DNA of 64,000 nucleotides from the human T2T-CHM13v2.0 reference genome, Homo sapiens, in assembly GCF_009914755.1 (NCBI RefSeq), contig NC_060933.1; one strand, given 5' to 3'. Within the stretch, counting starts at the first letter, position 1, and every line of letters starts with the position of its first letter. The position numbers and the translations under genes were made by a program. Positions 13,097-24,570 of the stretch are shown here, one piece after another. Under the pieces are notes generated by a model. The model saw only the letters and a list, made by a program, of their open reading frames with translations, did no database searches and was not told the DNA's origin.

Positions 13097-14599
13097 CGCA
13101 GGGTGAGAGTTGCTCTGTGGGAGTCTGGGGTCTCCACAGGGACCTGAAACACAGATTCTGTTAGAAACCCAGATGTTAGCACTGCCAGTACCACACAGAT
13201 TGTACCATGTACCTTGTACTATATTCTGGTCTTCAGAATATTTTTGGTTAAACTCTTATTTTGTATCTACTCTGGTCTTGAAGGACATTTCACAGTAAGC
13301 CTCGAATAGTACTAGAATGACTAATTAAACCGAACATGAAGAAATGTGACTCAGAGCCTAGAGCACGCTCACACGTACAGTACCAACTCAATTCTGTATT
13401 CACTTTACCTCCAGAACTTCAGAAACGTGAAACCTTTCACATACCCTCTTCTGTAAACTCAAAATGTATTTTTGTGAAAATGAAAATTATATGAAAAAGA
13501 GAATGCATAAATCAGAGATGATTAAAAATATTTGTTCTAATGCAGTAATAATTTGGTAGTAATGCTTTCATCAGTATAGCTTAAGGCTACATTAAGTGGA
13601 CAGACTTTATATGGATTCTCTAATTTTAATCTTCAAAATGCTATCTAATGTCTCATTAAGACTTGCATATAATGTATCTTAAGTACAGTCATTAAATATA
13701 GTTTAGGGAGATTTATGTTCAGATATTGCTTAAAGATGTTTTAATAGGCCCATTTACTCTGATGATATTAATGAGCTCTTAATACAGACTAAGCTTCTAA
13801 AACTAGTGGTAAAGACTCCCAGCCTGAACACAACAACTTGGAATTAATGCCTGGTTTGGACAGATGCCTGAGGGTGAGTCCTGCAGACACTCGAGGGTCA
13901 GCGCGAGCCCCTTGCTGGATGGAGCCTTGTTTCAGAAAGGGGCCTCCTGTAACGGGCTCTGGCTGCTGACTCCAGAGCACCCATTCTTCGGCCAGCCTGA
14001 GTACTGTCTTTTTTCTCCCCCAAACTGTGCACAGGACATGTGCTAACTAGGCCGAAGTACCTCTCCAAGGTTATTTGAGAGGCGCTGATAGCCTTGGCGG
14101 TGGCACTGGGGCCTGTGAGGGGTTAAAGGAGGCTGTTGCTGAACTTCCCGTGGAAGCATCTGCCAGGTAAGGTGTGCACAGTCTGGCATCGTTACGTGAA
14201 ACAGCTTCCCTCTGCCACGAGTGAACTGTAAAAGGTCACATGGGTGTGCTTTCATCTTTCAGGCATTCATCCTAGCTGAAATACATGTAATAAAGTAGTC
14301 CTGCTAATTCAACATCAGAAAGAAAAAAAAAGCCCAACAGGAATCTCCGTGAGCCCCTCACACGCGTGAAACAGTTGTTCTCCAGGCCCCACTTCTAAAC
14401 GTGTAGCAAAAAAAATCTGTTTTGGTATTTCCCTCTTTCAGAGAAATATTGAAAAGTACATTTTTTTTTTGTTTCAATTATTTTAAGGGAGGAAAAAAAA
14501 GAACCAGTGAGTTCAGAGACTTTTCTAATTACTAAATTGGTTTGTTATAAAAAGATAATAGCAAATTTCTTCTTTTCATAATTGGACATTTCTTCCCTG

Positions 14600-15800
14600 T
14601 AGGCTAATGCAGGCACAGCCCGTGCATGCACAATAAGTTATGCTTTTGAAAGCCATAACTAGCTAATAACAGCTACAGTGTCATCAGAGAGTAATGGTGT
14701 GCTGATTGGCATAATTAATGACAAATGGTGGTGCGGAATTGGTGGATTGGTTTAGCGGATGATGAATGCGGCGAGGCCTGGGCTGAGGCCTGCCAACTAG
14801 GCCTCGCTGGCTGTCAGCCCTTCTGTTCTCCCGATGCAGCCCTCATTAGTCACGATGGGAGGTGCCAGTTTGTATTCCGTTTGGAGCACAGAAAACTTAA
14901 TAATCCAAGCAAATGTGGCTATCCCCTTTTCCTCTGTATTTACTCACAAAACCCTCTCACTCATTCCCATTGTGGCTGAACCATTAAGACACAGCTATTT
15001 CCAGATTCCTCTGCGAGGCTTGAAGGCGAAACAAAAGGGAGCATAATAGAGAGAGGCACGGATCCCAGAGCTTTCATCTGACCATCAATGAATTACTCTC
15101 ACTAGGAAGACTTCTGTTTGGTGAACCCTGTTTATCTGTGTACTTTATAAGGGGAAAAGAGATGAACTCAGTAAGCGATACATTCTGTCCTAAAATAAGA
15201 CTAGCATATTTATCTTTGACTTGATTAATCAGACCTAATTTGCATTCGCAAATGAGACTGATAAAAATGGATTTACCTTTTAACCTTTAGAGGAGGAAAG
15301 GTATTTCTCTGCAAGATTTCTGGGGCTATCGTTTCTTAACCGATAAGAAGCCACTCCTTTATCAATAAAGATGAAAATCCGCAATTTGCATTAGTGAATG
15401 GGACTGATTATTATATAGTTAATTAGCATCTGGAAATGAGGATTATCTTAATTACAAAGCACAATTTCCCTAATAGCTACAAAACTGTAAGTTTGATCCA
15501 TGTGGAAATTGGTAACATTATTATGTAATTAGTGATAACATTAATAGTGTAGAATATTTAGATGTAATTTGCATATGCAAATGTGATTTACCTGAGCCAA
15601 ACAAGTGGACCATTAATGATTAGAGCATGATGTAGCTGACTGAAAGTTCTAGATAGCTGAATGGTACCTATTATGCAGAATAACTAAATTATATAGTGGT
15701 AGAGTCAGCAAGGACCTTTTATATTTAGGTGGTCAGGGTGGATTTTGCTTTAAGAATTAGTAGCTGCTGGGTTTCATAATGGAGCTAACTGCTTGGAGAA
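14600..15800. promoter_or_regulatory. Repeat-free block with POU-octamer cluster and CCAAT/TALE motifs, candidate enhancer
   Basis: ATTTGCAT at 15238, 15384 and 15567; TGATTAATCA at 15222; CTGATTGG at 14702; many TAATTA/TAATG cores. Confidence 0.55.
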
Positions 15801-16329
15801 ATAGCTAGCCCATAATCATCTCCTTGACTTTGATTTTTTCATGCTTCCCTATATCCCTTGAATCTGAGATGTACTTTCCCTATGTATTTTAACAATTCTG
15901 AATTTTGGATCTGTCTTACAATTGATGTGTACTTTTAAAGCAGTAACACACATAAAGAATAATGGTGCAGTTTACAGTTCTTCAGGGGAGAATCAGACCT
16001 TTCTGAATTTTATCCGCAGGGCCCTAGAGGCTCCTCCCATCAGAAATGGTTCTTTGTATCTTCTGGGGTTCTATCTAACTTCCTCCCTCAGGCTGACATA
16101 TGCTTCCCAAAGCCATGTACTCATGGTGGGGTGGATTTTAGAGTAGACATGGATGACCTTTTGAAAACTGTCATTCATAATAGCTTATCAGTGGATATCA
16201 TTGTTCAGAATGGGACTAAAGTCAGTGTATTGATCAGTCTTTGCTTGGTTATCATGCCAGTAACAAACACCCCTCCAGATCACAATGGCTTACAGTTTCA
16301 CTGTTTTGTAAAATGGAACTTGGAAATGT

Positions 16330-16379
16330 AAATTGGAACTTGAGTGACATATATCACCATGTCACTCAAGTTCCAATTT
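16330..16379. repeat. Perfect 21-bp inverted repeat with 8-nt loop
   Basis: AAATTGGAACTTGAGTGACAT-atatcacc-ATGTCACTCAAGTTCCAATTT. Confidence 0.95.
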
Positions 16380-19033
16380 GGTGACCGTGGATTGGCTGGA
16401 ACCCTGCTCCTTGTGTCTTTGCACTCTGGGACCCAGGCTGAAAGAGCAGCTCCCAACTGTAACTTGCTATTTTTATAGTAGAGGGAAGAGTGAGACCTGG
16501 AAGAAACAACCAGTGGCTCTTAAAGCTTCTGGCCATGGTGGCAAGGCCTACAGCCGGCCAACATGAGTTGGGCAGAAGTGCATCCTCTTCCCCCAATGTG
16601 CCTTTCACACGGCAGTGGGCAGATGGTCATACTGTTACAGGGAAGTGGGAACACATACTCGGGAATGGTGACACTACCCACTGGAGGAAGCTATTTTGAG
16701 TTTAAAATGTGAGTGTGTGCTGTAAAAATATAAAGTCAGTAATTATACTGGAAAAAAATAAGTGAATCTGAGACATCAGGCACCTTCCTAGAGTCTAGAA
16801 AACACTGGTGGCCGATGATGTCTGTAGCTTTTCCCTGTGCAGAATTTTATCTTCAACCCATCAAGAGTTTGTGTCCTCCTGGGGTGTTTGGGAGAGCTCA
16901 GGGATTTTGATGGGTGTTCAGCACAGTGGAAGTAGCACTACTTTCTGGGGTTTAAGCCCCATTTTGACCATTTCCAAACATGGGACCGTGATTCCTTTCT
17001 CTGGAACTCAGTTTGCCTAGCTGCAAAATGAAGCTGTTGGACAGGGTGGACCTCCTGTCCCTCTATCCTTCCACCAATCATTGAGGGCCAGGCACCCTGC
17101 AGGGGCTAGAACAGGTGCCTTGAGAGGTTTTGCCTCAGGGTAGGAGGGACTGAGGTTCCAACTGAGCATGACCCACCCGTCATTTCCGGTAAGAGCCTGA
17201 TAAAAAGTTTGTTCCTAGACCAAACAGTTCATTGATATTTCTTCCTCTTTTAAAAAATAAAAAAACAGACACAAAGCTTTTCTTACCTGAATGATAAAAG
17301 TTACATGTTCATTGTAGAAAAGTTACAAAATATATGAAAACATTGGAAAGAAAATATCACAACCCCATTACCCAGAGAAACAGTATTTCAGTGTATGTCC
17401 TTTTAACACTTTTTCTATGCCATATGTTTACACTTAAAAGTGTATGTCTACCTAATTGTCCATTCTGGGTTCTTTTTAAGTCAGATTTATTGAAATATAT
17501 TTACATGTAATAAAATCCAGGCTTTTTATGTGCACATTTCAGTGACTTTTGACCAATGTCAAACTACATGATAGCCGCCTCCAGAAACAAGATACAGAAT
17601 ATAGCCAGGAGTCCCATAAGTTCACTTGCCTCCATTTCCGGCCCTTCCCTCCCCATCGCCAGTCCCTGGCAGTCACTTGCCTGCCCAGTGCTATCATATA
17701 CATGGACTCATACAATATGTAGCTTTGTGTGTCTCTCAGCATAATATTTTTGAGAGTCTTCCATGTTATTGCATGTATCAGGAATTTGTTCCTTTCCAAC
17801 ACTCCAGGTGTCTATTCTGCTTTGAGACCTGTTCATGTACCTCGTTCCTTGTCATTAGGTCAGGTGGTCGTCAGGCTGGGATTAATGGTTGTATCATCCT
17901 CCCTCTTATGGATACAATGTACTTTACCTAGCCAGTCCTCAGTGGCTGAGTTTTTACATTATCTTCATTTCTAAAAGTTATACTTCGGTGAATGTTCCTT
18001 TAAATAAATATATAAACACATTTTTAATTATTTTGACATATAATGACAAATTGTCCCCCGTAATGGTTGAATTTGTTTACACTTCTGCATGTATGAAAGA
18101 GGTTTGTTTGGTTTGGTTTTCCACACAAGACTTGCTAACTGGTAATTTTTTTTTTTTAATTTTTATCAATTGGAAGGTGAAGGGGTATTTTATTGTTAAT
18201 TTACATTTCTTTGATTACTGCTAAGGTTGCCTGTGTTGAGCCACTTGTGTTACTCGAGACCTTTGCCTGTCTGTCCGCAGCATCTCTTCCATTGCAGTCT
18301 TAATTTTGTTTGTGGAGTTGCGGGAGCTCCTCTTGCAACAAGGCCTTCTTTTGCTCTCACATTACTACCGCTTGTTTCCAGTTTCTGCTTTGTACTTTCA
18401 TTTCATGTTTCCTTTATGTTTTGTGTCTTTGCCATCACGTTTTAGAAAAGCCTTCTCGGTTTTCTGGTATATTCTAGTACCTTCATTTTTTTTAACATTT
18501 AAATCTAAAGTTCTGCTGTGATTTGTTTTGATGTGTGACAAGATAAGAATCTATGTTTTTCCAAATTATTTATTATTGTCCCAGCATCACTTGTTAAATA
18601 ATCTTCTTTTAACCAACTCATTTGGAAAACAATCCTATAATAACCTCTTACTGTGATGTATTTTGTGGCCTGTGTTGTGTTCCATTGAGTTGAATGCATA
18701 TTCCAATGGGAGGGTCACACTTTTAATAATTATAAATGTATGTATTTTAATTTCTTATCTTACTATTCTTTGTAGTTATTTTTCAGAATGTTCCAGGTAA
18801 TAATAACTTTTTTACCCAGTAGAAATTTAGAATCACTTTAAGTTCCAAGGAAAATACTTTGAGGATTTTGATTGAAAAAAACATTGAAGTTATAAGTCAA
18901 TTTGGGGAGAGTGGTCATTTAGAAAAATATCCAATCTTTCCTTCCAGAGATATAACTCTCTATTCAAATGTCTTTGTATATTATTCAGTAACATATTATA
19001 GTTTTCTTTGCTTTCTGTTTATATAATTCCTAA

Positions 19034-19371
<338 letters not shown>

Positions 19372-19430
19372 TGCATTGCCCATTATGTTTTCATTGGTGA
19401 TTAAATATTTAATTTAATATTGTTGGGTCT

Positions 19431-19564
19431 TTTTTTTTCTTTTTTAGAGATGGGGGTTCTCACTGTGTTGGCCAGGGTGGTCTCAAACTCCTGGCCTCAA
19501 ACAGTCCTCCCACCTCAGCCTCTCAAAGTGCTGGGATTACAGGCTTCTGCCACTCCACCTGGCC
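19431..19564 (-). mobile_element. FLAM / Alu left monomer
   Basis: Poly-T then AGAGATGGGGGTTCTCACTGTGTTGGCCAGG...GTGCTGGGATTACAGG...CCTGGCC; single arm only. Confidence 0.85.
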
Positions 19565-20673
19565 CTGTTGTTTTTTTTAATCTTCATTTGGTAACTGGCC
19601 ACCTCTCTGTATGCTTGTTATTTCCAATAGCCTCCAGTTTATTTACTGGGATTTTCTTGGAAGACAACATCATCTGCAAATACAGATCATTTTGTCTCTT
19701 TGATAACATTTATACACCATTGGTTTTTCTTGCTTTGTATTTTTGGCTAAAACATTGAAAGCAGTGGCAGTAGTTTTCATTCTTACCTGGTTCCTGACTT
19801 TAATGGGAATGCTTCTAGTGTCCCATGGTTAAGTCTGATATAGATTTGGGGGAATTTGGAGGAGAGAGGGCTTGATTGTATTAAAGGACCCATTCTCTAT
19901 TCCTATTTTCCAAAGATTTTTTTTTTAATAAATTCAGGCACTAATTTGAGTTTCATATAAAAAAATTTGGAATATTTTAATGTAGTATAATATTTTTTCT
20001 CACTTATTGACAGATACAGATTATTTTGTTTTGATGATTTAGCATTTAGAAAGTTATTGTTATATTTCTGAAATCAATCTTTATTATGGTGCATTCTTCT
20101 TTAAATATAGTACTAGATTTGAGCCACTGCTATTTAAGTTAGGATTTGGGCATTTATATAAGTAAGATTAGGCTTTTTGCTTATCAAAATGTAATTTTTG
20201 TGTGATCTAAGTTTTTTTCAAATATAAAAATATTTCTAAAATATTTAAATGGCTGTTCATTTTGGGGAAAAAAGAACACCAAAAAAAAAAAAAAAAAAAT
20301 CCTGTCTGAACTATGTGGACCTGGAAGCTAGGGGCATTTTGAGGAGATGGACAACTATTTCAGTTTCTTTCAGCATTAGTGATTTTTTTCAGGCTTTCTA
20401 CTTTTTCTTGAGCCAGTTTTATCATGTGTATTTTTTTAAAGAAAATATAGCAATTTCACCTAAATTTCATCTAAATTTTAAAGTTTATTGGTACAAAATT
20501 TTACTTAAGAGTTTGTATTTATCTTAAAATTAATATACCTATAGTCATATATATCCTGATGTTATTTTTCTCTCTCTTTTTCTTGGTTGATTTATTTGCT
20601 TTATTTGTCTTTCCAAATAACTGCTTTTTAAATTTATAAAGCCATTAGACTTTTGCTTTATACTATTTAATAA

Positions 20674-21016
<343 letters not shown>

Positions 21017-22249
21017 ACCTTTTTTTTTTTTTTAACTTTCTATTTATTTTAGCTTTTTTAATAGCTTCCCTTGAGTGGTTCCCTCATTTGTTTTCTGTCC
21101 TTTTTTGATTTTTAATAAAAGTGTTTAGGGTTATATAAATATTCTTGTATATTGCTTTGGTGGCATTCTGTAGCTTTCATATATAATATTTATTTATAAA
21201 TACATAATTTCAGTTTTGATTATCCCTTTGACTCAAGTGTTAGAAAAGACATTTCTAAGTAATTTTTGAAACCTTAATTTCTACTTTTATTATGTAATTA
21301 TCCGAGAATATGACCTCTATAATTTTTTGTTTTTTCAAGTGTATTTAGTCTTTGCAGTCTAATAGATATATCAGTTTTACTAAATGCTCCGTTGATACTT
21401 GAAAACACATCTTCTCTCTGTCACAGTGTTTGAGATACACTCCCACCATCAACGTTTTTTGATCAAGTAGGATGGATGGGTATGTATACCCCCATATAGA
21501 TATATACATTCATTCATTCAATTTGACCAAACAATGGTAGCTTTTGTTTTGCACAGTTCTTCTCATGTCAGTATCATTTTGATCATTGGTTTTATTTTGT
21601 ATGTTCCTATGCAGTGTTATTGAGGCCATGAAGGTTTATGACGGTTAAAGGTCTATTATGTATTTTACTCTTCATCGAAATAGAATTCCCCTTTTGTCGC
21701 ATCTCGCATTTTTGGCCATAAGTTCCATGGTGCTCCTGTCCCTTGTGGCCCTGGCTCTGAGTGCTGCCCCTCCTCCTCCCTCTGCTCTGGCCAGGTGAGG
21801 CTTCTCCTCCAGGGGTTTTCCACCTTTGCTGTGGTTGTCTCTTCCACCAAAGAGAGCCCTCCTGTTCCCCACCACATCCCTGCCAGCCTCTGACCTGTCT
21901 GTGTCTCCAGCTCTTCCCAGAAGCCCTCCCTGGCAGCTCCTGTCCTCCTCTGCTGGATCCTGTGAGCACCACAGCCTCCTGTACACCCTGAGCTATGCCT
22001 CTCAAGGCCCTCCACCAGCTCATCCCCTGCTGTGGGCACAAGCCCTGCTTTCAGAGTTTCCCTGCCCAGGGAATGAATGCCCCTTGAGAGACCACACATA
22101 TGCTGCAAGTCCAGCCCTGCTCAGAGCCGTTCTTTGCCAAATAATCACCTTGTTATTAAAGAGCTGATTGTTCTACTAGACTCTTCTATTCTTATGGTTC
22201 ACCATGAAAGACCAGTTAATTCACTTTTTAAAAATTACTTCAAGAGCCT

Positions 22250-22667
22250 TGTGTTTGGCCGTTTTGTGTTTCTATAAAGAAATACCTGAGACTGGGTAAT
22301 TCATAAAGAAAAGAGGTTTAATTGACTCACGGTTCTGCAGACTATATAGGAAGCTCCAGTATCTGCTCCTGGTGAGGGCCTCAGGAAGCTTCCGATCATG
22401 GTGGAAGGCAAAGGGGAAGCCGATGTATCACATGGCAAGAGCGGGAGCAAGAGAAAGAGAAGGGGGAGGTCCCAGGCCCTTTCAAACAACCAGATCTCGG
22501 TGAATTAATGGGGCAAGAACTCACTTATTACCAAGGGGATGGTGCTGAACCATTCATGAGGGATCTGCCCCCTGATCCAGTCACCTCCCACCAGGCTCCC
22601 CGCCTCCAACATTGGGAATCACATGTCAACGTGAAATTTGGAGGGGACAAACTGCCAAACCATATCA
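22250..22667 (-). mobile_element. MaLR solo LTR, MST family (MSTB-like)
   Basis: TG...CA termini, AAGAAATACCTGAGACTGGGTAATT hallmark, 5-bp TSD AGCCT (22245-22249 and 22668-22672). Confidence 0.9.
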
Positions 22668-23554
22668 AGCCTCATCCCAGAACTTTGATCATTGGAAGTG
22701 CTTATTTGAAATCTTCCCATCTTCCCTGATGATACTCCAGGGGCCCACACCAGAGCGCTAGGCAGCGTGGCATAGAAGGAAGGGCAGGGGTTTTAGAGAC
22801 TGGCTGCCTCCCTGGCTGGACATGATCCCATAACTTGCCAATGCTCCCGTCAGCTGCCCAGTTCCTTGCACCTGTCTCTCAAGGGGCATTCGTTCACTGG
22901 GCAGTTACTGAGGAAACTCCCATGTGCCCAGCCCTGGGGCCTGGACTGGCAGAGAGCCCCGGGCAGTGAGTGGGAGCTCAGAGCACACGGGGCCCCCACA
23001 CACCAACTGGATGCGACCTGCCACCGGTACAAATACAACCTGCAGAAGTCGGATGTGCTGGTCCCTCTGTTGAGAAGGCTCGGTGGCCGCAAGCACGTAT
23101 TGCAGTCCACAGAACCATCCTGGCAGATGGCAACGGCTGTAGAGAAGACCCGCAGGCCCTTTCCCTTGCAGGTTTGCTGTCTGACAGACAGGTCTGGCCT
23201 CCCTGGCTTCCTGTCATTAATGTGGTTTCAGATGAGAGTGACCCCCCACAGCACCTCCTTGCTAAGGCTCATTTCCAGAGGAAGGCAGAGAGTCATTCTT
23301 CATGGTTAAGAATAAGGACAGCCTTTAATTTCAGCAAATTTAGCCACTTCCTTTCTGCCCAGAGGCATAGGAATATTTCTGAACCTGGACAGGGCTGGCC
23401 TGGGCCCAGTATGTTCTGAGTCCCATGGGCAGGTATGCTTAGGCTGGGGTGACTGTTACATCATTACCTGCAGCGAGAGACTGGCTTTTTTCCTCTCCTG
23501 ACTGGCCTTACCATGGAAAAGCAAGTGACTTTTTGTGTCTGTTTGGTTTCAGGA

Positions 23555-23700
23555 ATAATAATCAATTTTTATTGAGCTAAGTCACCTTCATATATAAACT
23601 CATTTAATCCTTGAAACCACTCCACTTCCCATTTTACAAATAAGGAACCGAGATTCAGAGAGGTTAAGTGACTTTCCCAACATCACACAGCAAATCAAGG
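23555..23700 (-). mobile_element. MIR SINE
   Basis: CTCATTTAATCCT...CCCATTTTACAAATAAGGAACCGAGATTCAGAGAGGTTAAGTGACTT. Confidence 0.8.
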
Positions 23701-24394
23701 CAGTGGCCCATGGGTGCCTTCATTGTGCCTCCTACGGAATTCCGTAGTAGGCTTTCTCACTCCTCCACTCTTAGTTTTAAGTTGCTGTCTCATTTCCTAG
23801 GCTGAGCACTCCATGAGAGATGCCCTTGGCCTCCTCACATCTAACATCAGAGTTAACCGTGAGAGCTCTGCAGTCAAGTTCATGTCGCAGTCTGGTCTCG
23901 CCTGTGCCCAAAGCCTGGGAGGGCCCATCAGGTGATGAGTCCTGCTGCTCCCTGCACTGTGCAGAGCAGAGCCCCTGGCCCTCCCTGGGAAGGAAGGTCT
24001 GGCTCCCAGGTGGGCGGTGGGCAAGCTCCACTTCCTCTCATTAGTCAGCCTAATGGATGGCCGGCTGAGCTTCCAGATCTGTCCGGGGACTAGTGGACTC
24101 TTACCGCCTGCTCCCAGAGCAGCCTGGGAAGCTAGCCCCCATTGGGGTGACACAGATGGCAAGCCCAAATGACAAAGTAAACTCCAATATGTCTTGGAGA
24201 CATTGTCAGCCTGCAGCTTATTTGTCATGTCACAGCAGCCTTGTGGACCAGGGATGTACTCCCTCCCCGGCCCTGCTCCATCCCCATGTGAGGATTATTT
24301 ACAGGAAACTGCATTTGATAGGGCTGGTGGGGAGGGCATAGAGATGGAGGGGTGCCAGAACGGATGTTGGTCATTTTCTCACGTTTGGGAAATT

Positions 24395-24570
24395 AATAAC
24401 ACTCACTTACCTAGCATTTATAGAGTGCTTCACCCAAACTCTCTTCAAGTCTCATAGCAACCCAAAGAGGTGTCGATATAATTAATCCCAGTTAATAGAT
24501 GCAGAAACCAAGGCATAGAGAGCTCAGTCAACTTGCCCAATCACACAGCTAATGAGAGCTGGGATTCCGG
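24395..24570 (-). mobile_element. MIR SINE
   Basis: ATAGATGCAGAAACCAAGGCATAGAGAG...ACTTGCCCAATCACACAGCTAATGAGAGCTGGGATT. Confidence 0.75.

Noticed and set aside
14160-14175. Recursive splice site-like CAG|GTAAGG
   Set aside because: No convincing polypyrimidine tract upstream of the AG.
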